This document shows positions 21,869 through 24,000 of a stretch of 24,000 nt of DNA, piece by piece (the first letter of the stretch is position 1; every line of letters starts with the position of its first letter). The stretch is from a bacterium (GTDB taxonomy: Bacteria; Patescibacteriota; Microgenomatia; CAZETR01; Amesbacteraceae), in NCBI GenBank assembly GCA_030647735.1, contig JAUSIY010000056.1:4243-28242 (forward strand), written 5' to 3'. Below the pieces are notes generated by a model. The model was not told the origin of the DNA. It saw nothing but the letters and a program-made list of their open reading frames with translations, and did no database searches. Position numbers and translations under genes: made by a program.

Positions 21869-22146
21869 GCATAATATCACCTCATATAATTGAAGTCAGA
21901 CGGTGTGCTGACTGTGCAAGATTTGAACCTCTGCCTCAATCTGTGCAGGGACTGGTGGCTGTAGTCCACGAAAACACTATCCGCCGTCTGGACAGAAGTA
22001 GTCAGCCCCCCTTGTCCGAACAATCATTGCAGCAGTTACCTCAAATCTTTGGACCATTGGGATGGAGAACTTGTGCCGACGGACTAAGGGCTTTCGGATG
22101 TGCCGTTTGTATTTATCCGGATAAGTTTGTGGCCAGGATAGAGTGA
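21869..22146. other. 278-nt helix-rich spacer between convergent genes (candidate ncRNA or regulatory locus, unassigned)
   Basis: Features seen: a lone TATAAT at 21885-21890; complementary segments 21895-21903/21984-21993, 21907-21913/22000-22006 and 21949-21953/21963-21967; an imperfect hairpin at 21916-21947; and the perfect palindrome TTATCCGGATAA at 22113-22124. I could not match it to any RNA family by eye. Confidence 0.3.
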
Positions 22147-22479
22147 TCAGCGGTGCGTTTTGGCCTTTTTGATTTCGGCCAGAATTTCCGTTTTGATTTG
22201 GGCTGCTTGGGATTTGATCATCTCCTCCACGTCCTCGGTAATTTCCTGTTTTAACCAATTAAGCAATTCGCGATTGGCAGGATCACTCTGATACCGGGAC
22301 ATAAAATGGCCGTGCTTCTCTTTGGGCAAGTGATCCAGAATGACAGTCAGCGAGTGCTGGCGCAAAGTTTTTTGAGCCAGCTGGACCAATTCTTCTCTTT
22401 CCTCAGGCGTCAGTTCATGCAGGTCTATTTCAGTAACTACTTCTTCAATAAAAGTTAAGTGATCAAAGAAGTGGTTCAT
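22147..22479 (-). CDS. Hypothetical 110-aa helical, charged cytoplasmic protein
   Basis: ATGA overlap with the upstream gene. The sequence is E/K/Q-rich and I recognise no motif. Confidence 0.6.
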   Translation of the reverse strand: MNHFFDHLTFIEEVVTEIDLHELTPEEREELVQLAQKTLRQHSLTVILDHLPKEKHGHFMSRYQSDPANRELLNWLKQEITEDVEEMIKSQAAQIKTEILAEIKKAKTHR

Positions 22480-23318
22480 GTGAGTTTAATTTGTCTTTCT
22501 AAATTGTACTCTAAGGGACCCAACGGCACTTCATTCGCCGGATCGTCTACAAAGAATAACACCACCGGCCCCTTTTGCTTGCCGTCTTTCATATTCAGAT
22601 ATTCCATGACTTCCGGACTGCCTCCGAAACTCTTGCCGGTGAATGCCGCCGGCCCGGAGTCGGCCACTACCGCCACAATGGCCTTGCCGTTTTTGGGATT
22701 AACCAGGACCACTTTGCGGTATTTATACCAGTCCCGCAGATACGCCAATCTGGTAGTCCAGTCCGGCAGATACAGAGTTTGCACGGCCACATAATAGCGT
22801 TCTTTTTCCACCAGATCCGGGGTTAAGGCGGCCCGGGAGGGAGCAAAATATCCCCAGGCTCCCCGTCCGGGAGTGGTATTGGGCCGATTGTCTCCCGGAA
22901 ATCGGGGCAGGTGTTGTTCCAGACCGATATAGCCGTAATCACGGTTCAGCCGGTTGCCTTCCAGAACCGGTGTGGCATGTAAACCAAACTGCTGGTGTAA
23001 CAGTTGGGAAACCCGATCTTCCTGGTGTGGCTCCAACTGCTGCACAGAAGAAGGCAGAATATCTTTCAACTGGGCAGACAGAGTGTCCTGAATATCTGGA
23101 GCGGAAACTGAGCGTACCTCGGAGGCCGGAGGTAAAGCGGCCAGAGTATGATCTGATTGCGGTGAGGCCACTAGTAAACTGCCGGCCAACACTCCTCCGG
23201 TAAGCAAAGCTTTGATATGTGGATGCCGATTCTCTAACTGCTTTCGGGCCGCCAGCTCTTTAAGTTTTAAGCGGGCGCGCAGTTGTTCAGAATTAAGTTT
23301 GGGTTTCGTTTTGGGCAT
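22476..23318 (-). CDS. Membrane-anchored hypothetical protein; C-terminal region possibly RlpA-like double-psi beta-barrel
   Basis: 280 aa with a basic N-terminus and one TM (ALLTGGVLAGSLLVA). The C-terminal KVVLVNPKNGKAIVAVVADSGPAAFTGKSFGGSPEVMEYL loosely resembles the V-x-V-x-N-x-x-NG-x-x-x-x-V-x-D-x-GP core of RlpA/DPBB domains. The match is weak and by eye only. Confidence 0.6.
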   Translation of the reverse strand: MPKTKPKLNSEQLRARLKLKELAARKQLENRHPHIKALLTGGVLAGSLLVASPQSDHTLAALPPASEVRSVSAPDIQDTLSAQLKDILPSSVQQLEPHQEDRVSQLLHQQFGLHATPVLEGNRLNRDYGYIGLEQHLPRFPGDNRPNTTPGRGAWGYFAPSRAALTPDLVEKERYYVAVQTLYLPDWTTRLAYLRDWYKYRKVVLVNPKNGKAIVAVVADSGPAAFTGKSFGGSPEVMEYLNMKDGKQKGPVVLFFVDDPANEVPLGPLEYNLERQIKLT

Positions 23319-24000
23319 GGGCAGAGAGTCTGGCCAAAGTTTCCGACTGGCCTAAGATTAACATGGATTCGGTCAGAGGAGGAGTCACTTTGCTGCCGGC
23401 TATAGCCAGCCGCAGAGACATAAAGAAGTCTCCGGTTTTCCAGTCATGGGCTTTTACTTCATCCAGCAGAGCCGTTTCGATATCCGTCTTTTCCCAAGTT
23501 GCCTTTCCCAGCACCTGTCGGGCGGCCTGCACATGTTCTTGGTTTACTGCTTGTAGTTCAGGAGCAATGAAGAAAAAGCGCATCATGTCTACCATGTCAG
23601 CCAGGGTAGACACTCTCTCTTTGACCAGAGGAATGATGTCTGTCAGTTTGTCGTCAGTCGTTTCATATTCCAGTTTCGGTTTAATCAATTGTAACAATTG
23701 GTCGTGTGGAGTCTGACGAATGTACTGACCGTTAAACCAGTTTAGTTTTTTCTCATCGAAAATTGGATTCGATTTTTGTAATCCTGCCTGATCAAATGTC
23801 TGCACAAATTCGTCCAGAGTAAATAGCTCCCGATCGTCTTTGGGTGCCCAACCTAAAAGCATTAAATAGTTGAGAATAGCTTCCGGTAAATAACCCCTGT
23901 CTAGCCAATGCTTGATCCCGAATTTTCCTTCCATATCCCGCTTGCTGAACTTTTTGCCTGTTGCCGGGTCCAGGATTACGGTAAAGTGGCCGATTTCCGG
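23293..24000 (-). CDS. gltX: Glutamate--tRNA ligase, C-terminal part (5' end outside window)
   Basis: The frame stays open to nt 24000. It reads ...GKKFSKRD (KMSKS-equivalent) then GYLPEAILNYLMLLGWAP...FTLDEFVQTFD...SNPIFDEKKLNWFNGQYIR, followed by the anticodon-binding helical domain. Confidence 0.92.
   Translation of the reverse strand, partial: PEIGHFTVILDPATGKKFSKRDMEGKFGIKHWLDRGYLPEAILNYLMLLGWAPKDDRELFTLDEFVQTFDQAGLQKSNPIFDEKKLNWFNGQYIRQTPHDQLLQLIKPKLEYETTDDKLTDIIPLVKERVSTLADMVDMMRFFFIAPELQAVNQEHVQAARQVLGKATWEKTDIETALLDEVKAHDWKTGDFFMSLRLAIAGSKVTPPLTESMLILGQSETLARLSAHAQNETQT

Noticed and set aside
21895-22010. Tested the spacer for tRNA/tmRNA, RNase P, SRP RNA and hammerhead signatures
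   Set aside because: The - strand has a T-loop-like GGTTCAAAT (complement of 21921-21929), but its flanks do not form a 5-bp T stem and no acceptor/CCA context fits. GGGGGGCTGAC on the - strand recalls a tmRNA 5' end, but no tRNA-like 3' end or tag reading frame follows. ACAGAA and GTCCACGA recall RNase P CR motifs, but GAGGAAAGTCC-type elements are absent and the region is too short. CGAAAAC is present without a CUGAUGA box.
21943-22258. ORFs 21943..22146 (+, 67 aa, GTG start, contains GCAVC) and 21977..22258 (-, 93 aa) in the long spacer
   Set aside because: Neither has a recognisable domain, promoter-start geometry or convincing composition. The - strand ORF also overlaps the real 110-aa CDS out of frame. 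I do not call them as genes, but the + strand ORF cannot be strictly excluded without conservation data.
1-24000. CRISPR arrays, rRNA genes, alternative genetic code (UGA recoding as in some CPR lineages) and programmed frameshifts
   Set aside because: I saw no spaced direct-repeat arrays and no rRNA-like sequence. Long family-consistent ORFs terminate normally at TGA, TAA and TAG under code 11, with no in-frame TGA needed to complete any domain. All gene overlaps are ordinary start/stop couplings.

Overview
This 24-kb chromosomal window has a backbone of roughly 50-58% G+C on the 60-nt lines I counted. From gene content I infer a small-genome Patescibacteria/CPR-like bacterium using the standard genetic code. 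That content includes a DUF5652-like protein, a PEGA/SH3b protein, a DipZ-like fusion, a DPPR-synthase-like UbiA protein and many short membrane-anchored hypotheticals. I can support about 33 CDS, two of which run off the window edges, and three tRNA genes (Leu-UAG, Cys-GCA, Gln-CUG). I saw no rRNA, CRISPR array, transposase or integrase.

Layout:
- (i) 1-1229: a lysozyme-like protein and a SAM methyltransferase.
- (ii) 1531-7760: a tightly overlapped 7-gene + strand envelope-glycan operon. It encodes a secreted helical protein, two small membrane proteins, a processive membrane GT2 with QxxRW, a GT-C/ArnT-PMT-like enzyme, a WecA-type initiator and a UbiA-type polyprenyl-phosphate phosphoribosyltransferase.
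- (iii) 7767-10589: peptidase S51, a PEGA/SH3b wall protein, an orphan 101-aa protein and an M23 peptidase.
- (iv) 10691-14250: a sharply AT-rich two-gene block directly 3' of tRNA-Gln (GH130 plus a GT4 fused to an unknown ~340-aa domain). It looks horizontally acquired.
- (v) 14257-16297: small accessory genes (serine hydrolase, a truncated DUF1761-like relic, GIY-YIG, an orphan, and a Cys-containing exported protein).
- (vi) 16294-21868: an extracytoplasmic thiol-redox set (Nudix-DsbA-DsbB operon, DipZ-like CcdA-thioredoxin fusion) interleaved with cupin, TspO, DUF5652-like and phosphodiester-glycosidase genes.
- (vii) 21869-22146: an unusually long, helix-rich spacer between convergent genes.
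- (viii) 22147-24000: a gltX operon on the - strand.

The most pervasive signal is window-wide. TGn-extended -10 boxes sit 6-10 nt from start codons, which implies mostly leaderless transcription units and revises several ORF-track starts. All functions are assigned from motifs I recognise by eye; no database search was run.
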